A program made the position numbers and the translations under genes. Positions 47,937 to 60,027 of a stretch of DNA of 64,000 bases are shown here, piece by piece; the first letter of the stretch is position 1, and each line of letters opens with the position of its first letter. The notes under the pieces are model-generated. The model searched no databases. It saw only the letters and a program-made list of their open reading frames with translations, and was not told the origin of the DNA. The stretch comes from Centroscyllium fabricii. Taxonomy: Eukaryota. Location of the stretch: positions 434,496,001 through 434,560,000 of the forward strand of contig JBNRSN020000002.1 of NCBI GenBank assembly GCA_051313645.2. The letters are read 5' to 3'.

Positions 47937-48524
47937 CAATGCTTTTAACAACAATAGCAGGGAGGGAGGGGAGGGAAGCCTTTGGGGGGGGGGGGGTGAG
48001 TTCCTTAACACTCATTGGTGTTAACAGTTAACTCACCAGAATACTGCAACATTTGGCTATTAATGCATAAAAATCACTTGTATTTCTATTGAATATACAA
48101 GACTCACGGGTGGGGGTAATTTTGACTTTGGACAACAGTGTAAAACAGCCGCCCATTATACATCTCACCCGATTTTCATTTCCCATTGAAGGGCGGCTGT
48201 GTTCATGTCAGCCATTTTAAACTATCGCCCAAAGTCAGACTAACCCCACATCTTGGCTGTGATTTTCCCTACCTTGGCGGGCAGGCGACGTTGGTGGCGG
48301 GTCTCGGCCCCGCTGCTGGCTCCATCCCGGCCTCCGAAATTACTTTCCGATGATTGGGCTTGTTAAGTCCGCCCAGCGAGTTTCCCGGCCAACTGAAGGA
48401 AGTTGGTCTGGTGATGTCATTTGAAGACGCATCATCAGCCGATTTCCTGAAAGGGACCATGCGCAAATTTACTTTGACATTTGTACTGTCAGTATTCTAC
48501 AGCATTGAGGTGCTGCAAACACTG

Positions 48525-48760
48525 ACAATCACTGCACAAAGGTGCACGTCTGCACCCAGACTCTCCCATGACTCCCTCCATATGCTTATGGAGGAAGTCA
48601 CAGCACGCAGGGATGTCCTCTTCCCTTCCCATGGGCGGAAGAGACCTCCCCAGGACACCAATGCAGCCTAGTTGCACATTGCACAGGAGGGCACAAGCAG
48701 GGATGTCATCAGGAGGATCAGGCTGCAGTGGTTGCAAACCTTTCAATGATCCCAGTAGAT
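48525..48760 (+). pseudogene. Myb/SANT-like DNA-binding domain remnant (Harbinger accessory gene)
   Basis: SAPRLSHDSLHMLMEEVTARRDVLFPSHGRKRPPQDTNAA*LHIAQE..IRR: trihelix-type pattern with the conserved Trp replaced by a stop. Confidence 0.7.
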
Positions 48761-49392
48761 CACAAAATGTTACTGCAAAGCCACACTCAACCTCATCGTG
48801 CTGTGCCACTCATCACATCCCCATCACTCTGCCTTCCCTACCCTACTCCTGCACATCCTGACTCACACCAACTTACCTTGCACCTCCACCCTCTCTATCT
48901 ACATTATCACTTCCCCATCTCACTAGCCAGCCCTCAAACTCACCCTCATCCTAGTCCAATCATATCAAATAACAACACACAAGGGTAGGCACTTGAGTGT
49001 TTTTACAATGTTCATGTTGTGGCGACACGCCCACCAGCAGCTACGAATCAGCTCCTGGAAAGCTGCAAGACGGCCCCGCCTGTCGGGTGACGCACGGACG
49101 TCGCCGGCACCCCCGACGTGATGACGTCACCAGGCGGCCAACCGGCAGTGACGTCAGCAGCCGCGGGACCTTTAAATACCTGAGCGCCAGGTGGCTCTCT
49201 CTCTCTTCCACCTGGCCCTAGCTGTAACAGCAATAAAAGTTAATCTTCCGAATCCTCTGTGTCCAGCGTGGTCCTTCGGCCCTGTATGCCTCTACAGTGG
49301 TGACCTCGATACTTGGGACGATTCCCAAGGGAACAATGAAGCAGTCACTGCAGGACTGAGGGCCAAGCTGCCTCAGTGGAATCGCTATCACC

Positions 49393-49550
49393 ATGCCAGC
49401 AGTGAACGACCCAGCACGCCGAGGCAGACGGGACAACCTCTACCTCCAGATCCCAGCCCTACCGCAGTTCTGGGAGCTCCGTCCAGTGGCTTGGTTTCTC
49501 AACACGGAGAACACCTTCCGCATCTATGGCGTGCAGGGAGACGACCGCGA
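49393..49550 (+). pseudogene. N-terminal stub of Gag
   Basis: [28 protein letters not shown], an LPxFW..P..WF...E..F pattern typical of Gypsy gag N-termini. Confidence 0.75.
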
Positions 49551-52405
49551 CAACCACCTTCACAGCCCGCTCCGCCAAACACGGCGTTGAGCACCACATC
49601 ACCACCACAGGCCACCCGGTCCATGCCCACGCACGCAGGCTGGACCCAGCCAAGCTGGAGATCGCGCGCGCCGAGTTCCACATCATGGAACAGCTCGGCA
49701 TAATTCGCCGCTCCAGCAGCCCCTGGGCTTCCCCCCTCCACATCGCCCCCAAACCCGACGGCGGCTGGCGCCCCTGCGGAGACTACCGCCGCCTCAACAA
49801 CGCCACCACCCCAGACAGGTACCCCGTCCCCCACATCCAAGATTTTTCAGCAAGGCTAGCCGGCTGCACGATCTTTTCGAAGATCGACCTGGTACGGGGC
49901 TACCACCAAGTTCCAGTGCACCCGGCGGACGTCCCTAAGACAGCCGTCATCACCCCATTCGGCCTGTTCGAATTCCTCCGAATGCCCTTCGGACTTAAAA
50001 ATGCGGCCCAGGCCTTCCAGCGCCTCATGGACTCAGTCCTCCGGGACCTGCAGTTCACATTCGTCTATCTGGACGACATCCTGGTGGCCAGCACCTCCCC
50101 CCAGGAACACCTCACCCACCTCAGGACCCTTTTCAACCGCCTGGCCGAACACGGCCTTATCCTAAGCCCCTCCAAGTGTCGATTCGGCCTCGAGGCTATC
50201 GACTTCCTCGGCCACCACATCTCCCAGACCGGGGCCATACCCCTGCCCTCCAAGGTGCAGGCGGTCCAGGAATTCCCCCGCCCGCACTCCATCAAGGGGC
50301 TGCAGGAATTCCTCGGGATGGTCAATTTTTACAATCGATTCATCCCCGGAGCAGCCGCTCTCATGGCCCCCCTCTATCAGGCCACCCGCGGGCAGTCTAA
50401 CAAGGCTCCAGTCGAGTGGACGGCCGAAGCCGCCACTGCCTTCACCGCAACCAAAACAGCCCTGGCCAACGCAACGCTTCTCAGCCACCCTAGGCCCAAC
50501 GCCAGAGTAGCCCTCACCACCGACGCCTCCGACCGCGCTGTCGGAGCAGTCTTTGAGCAGTGGACGGGCGACTCCTGGCAGCCACTGGCCTTTTTCAGCC
50601 GACAACTCCGGCCCCCAGAGGTCAAGTACAGCGCCTTCGATAGGGAGCTACTCGCTCTCTACCTCGCGGTGCGCCACTTTCGCTTCCTCCTGGAGGGCCG
50701 CCACTTCACAGCCTTCGTAGATCACAAGCCACTGGTATCCGCAATGGCTAAGATCTCCGAACCCTGGTCGGCCAGGCAGCAGCGCCAGCTCGCGGCCGTG
50801 TCCGAGTTCACGACCGACATCCAGCACATTGCCGGCCGCGACAACGTGGTCGCTGACTGCCTCTCACACCCCGCCATCGGCACAACAGCCCCCGACCACC
50901 CCCCACGCCCCACCGGCGGCAACCCAGCCACCGGCCATCCCCTGCACCCCGCCATCAACAGCGCGGGCCCCACCGGCACACAAACCGCCGACCACCCCCC
51001 ACGACCCGCCATCGACAGCGCGGTCGCCGACAACCCCCCACCACCAGCCACCGACCACGCCTGCGCGCACTGCCTCTCGTACCCAGCCACCAACTCCGTC
51101 CAGACGGCCGTCGACTACGTCAAAATGGCGGCCGACCAACTGACCGACCCCGACCTCCTCGACCCCGCCACCACCCTCCCCGGCCTGCTCCTAGCCACCG
51201 TGGCACACGGACCCACAGCCACGGGGGTCCGCTGCGACGTCACCCTGCCCCAACCCAGACCCGTCGTCCCCCTCACATGGAGGCAACACATCTTCCAGAC
51301 CCTCCATGGCCTCTCCCACCCCGGTGTCCGCGCATCTACCAAGCTCATCTCTGCGCGATTCGTTTGGCACGGCCTACGTAAAGATGTCCGCGCCTGGACC
51401 ACCGCGTGCAATGCCTGCCAGCGCGCCAAGGTGCACAACCACATCAAGGCACCGCTCGAACCAATCGTCGTCCCGGCCAGACGTTTCAGCCACGTTCACA
51501 TTGACCTGGTCGGACCACTACCCCCATCACGTGGACACTCATATCTGTTAACAATGGTCGACCGCACCACCCGCTGGCCCGAAGCGGTCCCCCTCGGCAC
51601 GACCACCACCGCCGAACTGGCCAGGGCCTTCATCGCCACCTGGGTCGCACGGTTCGGCGTCCCCACCGACATCACTTCAGACAGGGGCCCCCAATTCACT
51701 TCAACCCTATGGTCAACCATCGCTCACGACCTCGGGGCAACCCTGCACCGAACCACCGCCTACCACCCACAGGCCAACGGCCTCTGCGAACGGTTCCACC
51801 GATCTTTCAAGGCCTCCCTGCGGGCCAGCCTCCAGGACGCAACCTGGACGGACTGCCTGCCCTGGGTAATGCTCGGCCTCCGCTCGGCGGCCAAAGAAGA
51901 CCTACACGCCTCAGCAGCCGAGCTGGTTTATGGCCAACCACTAACTGTACCAGGCGAGTTCGTGGCAGAAACAAATGAACCCTGGTCAACCGAGCGCTGC
52001 CTCAGAGACTTTAACAACCAGGCAGCAGCATTCAAACCACTTCCGGTGGCCCGGCATGGACAGCCGGCAACACGTGTTCCCGAGGGCATCCAAGACGCCA
52101 AGTATGTGTTTGTCCGCCATGACGCACACCGAACACCGCTGCAGCCACCATACGACGGACCATTTAGAGTGCTTCGGGCGGGACCCAAAACGTTTGACAT
52201 TCAAATGGGCAACAGAACTGAGACCGGATCCATTGACCGGCTCAAACCAGCACACGTAATGGCGGGCGAGACAACAGTCCCCGCACAACCACCAAAGCGC
52301 GGACGCCCTACCGCACCAAAACCCGCCCACACTCCCACGCAGAACAAGAAGCAGCGCATGACACGTGCCGGCCGCATCATCAGGCCACCTCAGTGCCTCG
52401 CCTGA
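49526..52405 (+). CDS. Pol lacking protease: RT-RNase H-integrase (959 aa open frame)
   Basis: [68 protein letters not shown]. Confidence 0.9.
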   Translation: MACRETTATTTFTARSAKHGVEHHITTTGHPVHAHARRLDPAKLEIARAEFHIMEQLGIIRRSSSPWASPLHIAPKPDGGWRPCGDYRRLNNATTPDRYPVPHIQDFSARLAGCTIFSKIDLVRGYHQVPVHPADVPKTAVITPFGLFEFLRMPFGLKNAAQAFQRLMDSVLRDLQFTFVYLDDILVASTSPQEHLTHLRTLFNRLAEHGLILSPSKCRFGLEAIDFLGHHISQTGAIPLPSKVQAVQEFPRPHSIKGLQEFLGMVNFYNRFIPGAAALMAPLYQATRGQSNKAPVEWTAEAATAFTATKTALANATLLSHPRPNARVALTTDASDRAVGAVFEQWTGDSWQPLAFFSRQLRPPEVKYSAFDRELLALYLAVRHFRFLLEGRHFTAFVDHKPLVSAMAKISEPWSARQQRQLAAVSEFTTDIQHIAGRDNVVADCLSHPAIGTTAPDHPPRPTGGNPATGHPLHPAINSAGPTGTQTADHPPRPAIDSAVADNPPPPATDHACAHCLSYPATNSVQTAVDYVKMAADQLTDPDLLDPATTLPGLLLATVAHGPTATGVRCDVTLPQPRPVVPLTWRQHIFQTLHGLSHPGVRASTKLISARFVWHGLRKDVRAWTTACNACQRAKVHNHIKAPLEPIVVPARRFSHVHIDLVGPLPPSRGHSYLLTMVDRTTRWPEAVPLGTTTTAELARAFIATWVARFGVPTDITSDRGPQFTSTLWSTIAHDLGATLHRTTAYHPQANGLCERFHRSFKASLRASLQDATWTDCLPWVMLGLRSAAKEDLHASAAELVYGQPLTVPGEFVAETNEPWSTERCLRDFNNQAAAFKPLPVARHGQPATRVPEGIQDAKYVFVRHDAHRTPLQPPYDGPFRVLRAGPKTFDIQMGNRTETGSIDRLKPAHVMAGETTVPAQPPKRGRPTAPKPAHTPTQNKKQRMTRAGRIIRPPQCLA

Positions 52406-53087
52406 GACGACACATGCGGGCCACACCAGCAGGCCGCCTCAACACCATTTTTCGAACCACGAACCACGGAACAGCACACAACACCTGCCGGCCACAACAT
52501 CAGGCCATTGCGGCAAACTGTCGGACATTCTGTGTGATATCGAAATGTGTGTTTGCTCTCTTTTATGTCTCCCTCTCCTCTAGGCTCAACTACGCTTTCC
52601 CTCACGGATTCTGGGGGGGAGCTGTGTGGCGACACGCCCACCGGCAGCTACGAATCAGCTCCTGGAAAGCTGCAAGACGGCCCCGCCCGTTGGGTGACGC
52701 ACGGACGTCGCCGGCACCCCCGACGTGATGACGTCACCAGGCGGCCAACCGGCAGTGACGTCAGCAGCCGCGGGACCTTTAAATACCTGAGCGCCAGGTG
52801 GCTCTCTCTCTCTTCCACCTGGCCCTAGCTGTAACAGCAATAAAAGTTAATCTTCCGAATCCTCTGTGTCCAGCGTGGTCCTTCGGCCCTGTATGCCTCT
52901 ACAATGTAAAGTTTCTGTTAATGTGGTGTCAAACATTGAAATCCTTATTTTCAACACTTTGCATTCTTGGACAGATTTGTGGGCACCTTTGGAAGTGGCT
53001 TAGTGAGTTGCAGTGAATGGTGAGACATAACGGTACCCCCCGCAATGGTGATGAGTGTGAATGGAATGGGTTAGGCATTGTAAATAT

Positions 53088-53613
53088 AGAAACATAGAAG
53101 ATAAGAGCAGCAGTAAGGCATTCAGCCCCTCGAGCCTGCTCCGCCATTCGATGAGATCATGGCTGATCATCCAAACTCAGTACCCTGTCCCTGCCTTCTC
53201 CCCATATCTCTTGATCCCTTTAGCTCTAAGAAATATATCTAACTCTTTCTTGAATATATTTAATGACTTGGCCTCAACTGCACTCTGTGGTAGAGAAATC
53301 CACAGGTTCACCACTCTCTGGGTGAAGAAATTCTTCCTCATCTCTGTCCTAAATGGCTTACCCCTTATCCTTAGACTGTGACCCCTGGTTCTGGACTCCC
53401 CGCCATCAGGAACATCCTTCCTGCATCTAGTTTGCCCAGACCTGTCAGAATTTTATAAGTTTAGATGAGATCCCCTCTCATTCTTCTAAACGCCAGCGAG
53501 TATAAGCCCAATCGACCCAATCTCTCCTCATACGTCATTCCTGCCATCTCGGGTGAATCTTGTGAATCTTTGCTGAACTCCTTCCATGGCAAGAACATCC
53601 TTCCTCAGATAAG
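53088..53613 (-). mobile_element. CR1 LINE 3' fragment
   Basis: Reverse complement of the same subfamily as 38455-38840. Confidence 0.88.
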
Positions 53614-54105
53614 GGATGTTTATTGTTGGGATGTTGTAGGGATGCTTTATGTTGTTGGTGTGGGGTGAAACATAGAAACATAGAAACCTCATCCTGCTGT
53701 GCCACTCATCACATCCCCATCATTCTGCCTTCCCTACCCTACTCCTGCACATCCTGACTCACACCAACTTGGTGGTGCCAACCTGGCGCATGATGTAGCC
53801 AGGGTGTGCAGTGTCAAATGAAGTAAATCTGGCCCTGGTGAGGCCATCCCTGGCCTCTCGGGCAGCAATGTGGTCGGGTCCTGATGCCCTCTGTCCTGTG
53901 CAGCATCAGCTGGTTGCGGAGAAGGTTAGTGTGGTTGGTATGCCTGGTGGTGCTGGTGTTGGGGCTGATCATGGTCAGATTCTGAGGACCAAGGTGAGAG
54001 AGAATAAAGTGCACCCATGCTGATGGAATAGATGGCAGGTGAAGTAGAGATGAAAGAAGCGATCTGTCAATGGTGGGAGAGTTAATCAGGTCAGACTGCA
54101 TGGAG

Positions 54106-54955
54106 GCGATAGCAAAATACTGCGGATGCTGGAAATCCAAAATAACAACAGAAAACGCTGGAGAAACTCAGCAGGCCAGGGCAGCATCGGTGGAGAGAGG
54201 AGCAGAGTTAACGTTTCAGGTCGATGACCTTTCTTCAAAACTAGAGAAGCCAGGAGGGGGGATAGATTTTAAAGCTTGTGGGGGCTGGGGAAAGGGCGGG
54301 GGGGGGGGGGGGGCGGGGGGCTGAAAGAACAAAGGAAAGATTAGCAACAGGCTGGAAGGCGGGGGTAGGTAAGAGATATTCGGAGAAAATGAAGGAACGC
54401 AGGATGGCTCAGAATAGGTGTGAACAGCTTTAGTAGAGTAAAGAAAAAAAAGGAAAAAAAAAGCCCAAACAAAAGTGTGGATTGAAAAAAGAGAATATAT
54501 ATATATGTAAAACAGTGTGGTAGGGGCCGAGGTTATGATCTAAAATTGTTGAACTCTATGTTTAGTCCAGAGGGCTGTCGAGTGCCTAAGCCCTTACCAC
54601 ACTTTTTTATATATATATATTCTTTCTTTTTTCAGTCCACACTTTCATCTGGGCCTTTTTCTTTTTTTTCTTTACTCTGCTAAAGCTGTTCACACCTATT
54701 CAGAGCCGTCCTGTGTTCCTTCAATTTCTCCGAATATTTCATACCTTCCCCTGCCTTCCAGCCTGTCGCTGATCTTCCCTTTTGTTCTTTCACCACCACC
54801 CCCCCCTTTCCCCAGCCCCCACAAGCTTTAAAATGTATCCCCCCATCTAGCTTATCAAGTTTTGAAGAAAGGTCATCAACCTGAAATGTTAACTCTGTTT
54901 CTCTCTCCACTGATGCTGCCTGGCCTGCTGAGTTTCTCCACCGTTTTCTGTTATT
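54106..54955. mobile_element. Palindromic Penelope family-A insertion
   Basis: 54140-54525 and 54595-54955 are inverted copies. 15-bp TSD TCAGACTGCATGGAG (54091-54105 and 54956-54970). Confidence 0.88.
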
Positions 54956-57341
54956 TCAGACTGCATGGAGACTTGTGTGAAGACTTGCAGCATGGCGAAT
55001 CTGTTGTGGAAATGCAGTTTAAAGATGCTGGTGCTTAAGGGAAGATATCTGAATCAGCTGGGAGCTTTGACTTGACATTTGAAGCTGTCAACTCATCAGC
55101 TGATTTAATGGCAAGTGACCTCCTGCCTCAGCTTTACTGATGAGGCCTAGGCACAGCAGGAAACCCATGGGAGACATGTGAAAGTTAAAAAGCTGGGGGA
55201 AAAAAGCATTGTTAAGTGGCTGTAAACAATCCACTAATGACATGAATTGAGTCCCCCACCGCTGCCTGTCAGGACTGCTCAGCACTGGCAGATCCGACAT
55301 CAAGAAATGCAGGTGTATGCGTTTTGATAGCGGGTTTTAAATTTAACAGCTGATCCGCCACCCATCCCGTCTGCTGAGTGCCGGCAAAATTGCGGCCTTT
55401 GTTTCGAATAAGGTGAGCACATTTTGATGTACGATCCTGCACTGATTTTATATAAGTCACGTGTTGGACAGTCTGGATGAGCTGCAACAATAGGGTAGAT
55501 TTTAATTTAGGGTGGGGTCGGATAATGAGGGGGAAGTGGATCGGTGCCTGTTGTACACCCGCGCTCAATTTTCATTTCCATTAAAGTCATTGGAATGGGC
55601 AATTGGGCGGGTTGACTAATAGCCAATCAGCCACTGCGGTTTTCTACCCCAGTCACGACTATACGGAGTAGGTTAGTCTTTTCTTGCCCGTCATTTTCAT
55701 ATGTTCCTCCGATTCCAAGCAGCCTTGGTTACTGCATTGTCTAGCTGGTCACCTAGAGCAGGTGGTGGATAGCAGTTACCTTTCATTTCCTTCTTGCTCT
55801 TATCATTACTAATTTCTGCTATAATCGCTGCTGCAGCTCTCCCGCTGTTATATCCACACTTCTGACAGCTGTTAATTCATCGGTTACCAATGACGACAGT
55901 CCTCTGCCCAGCTTAAGATCTGCTTGTGAACCACTTTACAGCCATAAATTGAAATATTCCGATCGTCTTACCTTCCTTGCAACACTTGTTTTGACGAGAT
56001 CATTTACTTTGAGCTCTATCTAGTGTCCGTTCCAGCCTACCATTCCCTTGTAAATCCATTGGGGACGCAACCTCCTGGTGTTAAGAGGCCTGAAAAACTG
56101 GGCCGCAAACAGAACATGCTGGAAACAGTCAGCAGGTCAGCCAGCATCTGTGGAGAGAGCAGAGGAGTTAACACAGTTGGTACAGGCCATTCATCAGATC
56201 GACTATTATGGGATGCTAAGCTTGTTTTATATTCTCTATATGTTCCTTTTTGAGCCAGTGTCCCATGCTAATTTCAGCACACAGGCCTCTTACAGCTTTG
56301 TCAAACTATGTCAGTGAAACTAAAAATGAGCAGAAATGAGACATTTGGTGATAACATTTTAGATTACCCTTTATTCAGAACATTTACCATAAACATCAGG
56401 CAGCGTTCTGAATGGTAATCACATACATTTGCTGTTCAACTGTAAAAACTCAATATCCCAAACATTTGCATCATGGCTTACTGTGAGCTGTGAGCCTAAT
56501 TTGATATATACACATATTTGTCATTAATATATTAGAAACCTTACCTCTGTATGAGCTTCCAGTCAACTTTTTCCATTATAAATTTCAACGTCCACCTTTA
56601 TAATGGAAACTGTCTATGTAAACTTGTCACCCCGCAATTACACTCTCCCACCATTGGTGGCGCTGCTGCACCTCAATGTTAAATCTCCCGGTTGCTCAGC
56701 ATGTACTGCAGAGAAACTCCTATAGTTCAACCAACTCTCGTTATCTGCTTCCCAAATTGCCATAGGTTTTTCTATTTAACTCTAAATAATAATATAAAAT
56801 CCAAGTATTATATTAAAATAAGGACAGAATGTATGACTTTAAAATGAGGAGTGAATTACATCTGCATGCCCTGGGCCAACTAACCCCTGCCCTCTAACCC
56901 CACGACATCTGAAAAACACACTTGGTCTCGACTCCCCGTGTGCAATGCCACGAGAGATCAACTAGTTTCTATTAAAAGGCATGTTGAAATTGAAAACAGA
57001 ACATATTAATATCAAAATTTTTCACAGGCAAAAAGATCCTTGATGAAACACTTCAGTCTTCTAGCCAAGGGCAACAACACATCCTTGGAGCCTTCCAATT
57101 CGACTGACTGCTACACTAAGGATTTTTTTAAAGTTAATTAAAAGGCTCCCTGGTGGCTAAATGCTAACTGAGACACAGAGATCAAAAAGGCCCGTGATGT
57201 GATTCCCAGTCTGCAGTGTTAGCTGATCTCAGACTGGACAGTGAGGGTACTGTAATTGGCTGCAGTGCTTCTGGGCTGGGGAGGGGAAAATCAACCTTGA
57301 TTGATGCTCCAGATTGGTACCTACTAGCCTTGTCTGGCACT

Positions 57342-57625
57342 TGTGTGTGTGTGTGTCTGTATGTGTATTTGTGTATGTATATGTCTGTGTGTTTGCATGT
57401 GTGTATGTACATGTCTGTGTCTGTGTGTGTATGTATATGTCTGTGTGTGTTTGAATGTGTATGTGTGTACGTATATGTTTGTGTGTGTATGTGCGTGTGA
57501 GAGTCTCTGTGCGTGAGTGTCTCTCTCTCTGTACATGTGTGTGTGTATGTCTGTGTGTGTAGCTGTGTGTATGTGTGTGCTTGTATGTGTGTGCGTGTGT
57601 ATGTGTGTGCGTCTATGCGTGTGTA
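57342..57625. repeat. Degenerate (TG)n microsatellite
   Basis: Direct reading. Confidence 0.9.
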
Positions 57626-57710
57626 TGGACATTTGAGGACAAGATTGGGCTTGGCTGTGATGACTTCCATGGTGAATAGTATGCAGGCACCCACTGTCTT
57701 GACTCACATG

Positions 57711-57928
57711 ATGTGGAGGTGCCGGTGTTGGACTGGGGTGGACAAATGCAAGAAGTCACACAACACCAGATTATAGTCCAACAGTTTTATTTTAAATCAC
57801 AAGCTTTCGGAGCTTTTGCCCCTTCGTCAGGCGAAAGAGAGACCTGACGAAGGGGCAGACACTCCGAAAGCTTGTGATTTAAAATAAAACTGTTGGACTA
57901 TAATCTGGTGTTGTGTGACTTCTTGCAT
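57711..57928. mobile_element. Minimal palindromic Penelope family-B insertion with two opposed hammerhead motifs
   Basis: Inverted arms meet at 57831-57843. TSD TTGACTCACATG (57699-57710 and 57929-57940). Confidence 0.88.
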
Positions 57929-58306
57929 TTGACTCACATGGGTCAAACTGCCACCTGTGTGAGATGCTGGAGAGCGACTAGTACCTTTAGGGAATTGGGT
58001 GGGGGGTGGGGGGTTGGTGCGGGGCGATGCGGGGGCGGTGGCAGCAGAGAATTGGTGGTGATTTGTTTTTTGATACAACAGTTAATTGATGGATTAAAAA
58101 AAAATAAAATTCTCAGGATGTGGTCATTGCTGACAAGGCCAGTAGGTATTGCTCTTGTTGGCCCGAAAAGGTGGTGATGGGCCTTGAACCGCTGAGTAGT
58201 GGTTTTATACAACTGAGTGGCTTGCTCGGCCACTTCATAGGGCAGTTAAGAGTCAACCATATTGGTGTATGTCTGGAGTCACATATAGGCCAGACCGAGT
58301 AAGGAT

Positions 58307-59396
58307 CAATGGGCGTGAAATTTGTGAGCGCACGAATTGGGGCGCTAAAATTGGCGCTGCGCAGAAATTAGTGCCGGCGCTAAATTAGCACCAAAGCACC
58401 TGATATTCACTTTAGCGCCAGCCTTGCAGATTTCGGCACTAAATCAGGTGTTGCATGAAATCCAGCCGGCCAATTTTTTGGCGCTAATTGCCTATCGCGG
58501 GCGCAGCGCTCCTTCAGCAATTCCTTGCTTTTCCATGAACTCTGGAGTCGGAAAGGTCTTAAAGGGGGTAGGGGAAACAGTGCATGATGTGCCGGCACCC
58601 CTCCCTCATCATCTTCCCGATCTCTGCCAATGCCCCTCATCATCTCCCCGATCTCTCCCGACCCCCATCATCATCTCCCCGATCTCGCCCGACCCCCCTC
58701 ATCACCTCCCCGATCTCTCCCGACCCCCCTCATCATCTCCCCGATCTCGCCCGACCCACCTCATCATCTCCCCGATCTCGCCCGACCCCCCTCATCATCT
58801 CCCCGATCTCGCCTGACCCCCCTCAGCATCTGCCAGATCTCGGGCCGCCCTCCCCCCCCTCCCCCCTCCCGCAGCGTCTGGCCGATCTCGGGCCGAAGAG
58901 GCTACCGAGGAAAGGGAGTGTCGCCCTTTTAGCAGCGCTGCAGTGGCCACACAGACCCTCAGCAGCGCTTGCCAAAGCTGGCGCTGGCAGCGCTGTGCCA
59001 GGGGGACTGGCGCAAAGGCAAATTTTGGGTGCAGTCCGACGGGCGGACGTTGCACCTGGATATGCACGACGATTGCTGATCGCAAATTAGCGCGCGCTAA
59101 CAGTTAGCGCCGGTTCTAATCACTGGGTGAATTTAGTGCCCGGCGCTAAAATGTCTGCACCTGGCGCTAAAACCTGTAGCGCCCATTTTCCGCCACTAAC
59201 CCGATGCCGCTAAGGCGCCAATTTTGCGCCCAATGTTCCCTGTAAGCTGTGCGGCCGCGCAACGCCCCAGGGAACCTGCGCAGCCAGCTTGCCAGCACTT
59301 GTGCTCCTCGAACCTGTCCTGCCATTCAATTAGATCGTGGCTGATCTGTATCTTAAAGGGGCCGCGCAGGGCCAAAATAAATGACAGGGAACATTG
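58307..59396. mobile_element. Small hAT-like MITE whose left TIR is split by a Harbinger MITE
   Basis: CAAT[insert]GTTCCCTGT...ACAGGGAACATTG, with 8-bp near-TSD GTAAGGAT/GTAACGAT. Confidence 0.75.
58311..59231. mobile_element. Harbinger-like MITE with internal ~30-bp minisatellite
   Basis: GGGCGTGAAATT / AATTTTGCGCCC, TSD AAT, and CCCTCATCATCTCCCCGATCTCGCCCGACC repeats at 58605-58840. Confidence 0.8.
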
Positions 59397-60027
59397 GTAA
59401 CGATGGCAGGTTTCCTTCCCGAAAGAACAGCAACGAACCATTTGGGTTTTTACCATAATTAGACAGTTTCATGGTTGCTTTTGCTGATAATCAGCTTTTT
59501 AATTCCAGATTCATAAAACTTCATTCAAATTCTCAAACCGCCTTGGTAGGGGTTGAACACATGTTCTCTGGATTCTGAGTCTAGGTCATAGGGTAACTAG
59601 GAATGAGCGATAAACGCCGGCCTTGCCAGCAAAGTCTACATCCCAAGAATGAATTAAACGTTCAATTTCCATGTGTTCATGTATTTCATTCTACGCTTAA
59701 TTCCCTTTCCATTTCACTCTATCCCCAAATCGCCCCCCACCCCACCTTTGATCGCGAGGGTCAGGCTGTCCGGCTTATTTCTGCCCCAGTACTCTGTGAC
59801 TGCTTGGTGGAACGTAGCAGCAGGAGGAGGCCATTCAGCTCCTCGAACCCGTGCCGCCATTCGATTAGATCACGGCTGATCTGTAGCTTACCTCCGTCTA
59901 CCCGCCTTGGTTCCGTAACCCCTAATACCCTTGCCTAACACAAATCGATCAATCTCAGTTTTGAAATTTTCAATTGACCTCCCAGCCTCAACAGCTTTTT
60001 GGAGGAGAGAGTTCCAGATTTCCACTA

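Larger units (their letters stand above)
49018..52903 (+). mobile_element. Young Ty3/Gypsy element with internal gag/protease deletion
   Basis: 279-bp LTRs at 49018-49296 and 52625-52903 (3 differences seen), TSD ATGT, PBS TGGTGACCTCGA (tRNA-Trp-like), PPT GGGGGGGAG. Confidence 0.95.
48255..55397 (+). mobile_element. Degenerate PIF/Harbinger element hosting Gypsy, CR1 and Penelope inserts
   Basis: Imperfect TIRs GGCTGTGATTTTCC / GCAAAATTGCGGCC and a Myb/SANT remnant near the left end. Confidence 0.55.

Noticed and set aside
49111-49132. CCCCGACGTGAT and GTCACCA in the LTR resembling tRNA-Trp PBS halves (possible self-priming)
   Set aside because: They lie upstream of the TATA in U3 and overlap the CRE repeats, and a normal TGG PBS exists at 49298.
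57182-57776. His/Thr-rich and Cys/Val-rich ORFs
   Set aside because: They are translations of a (TG)n microsatellite.
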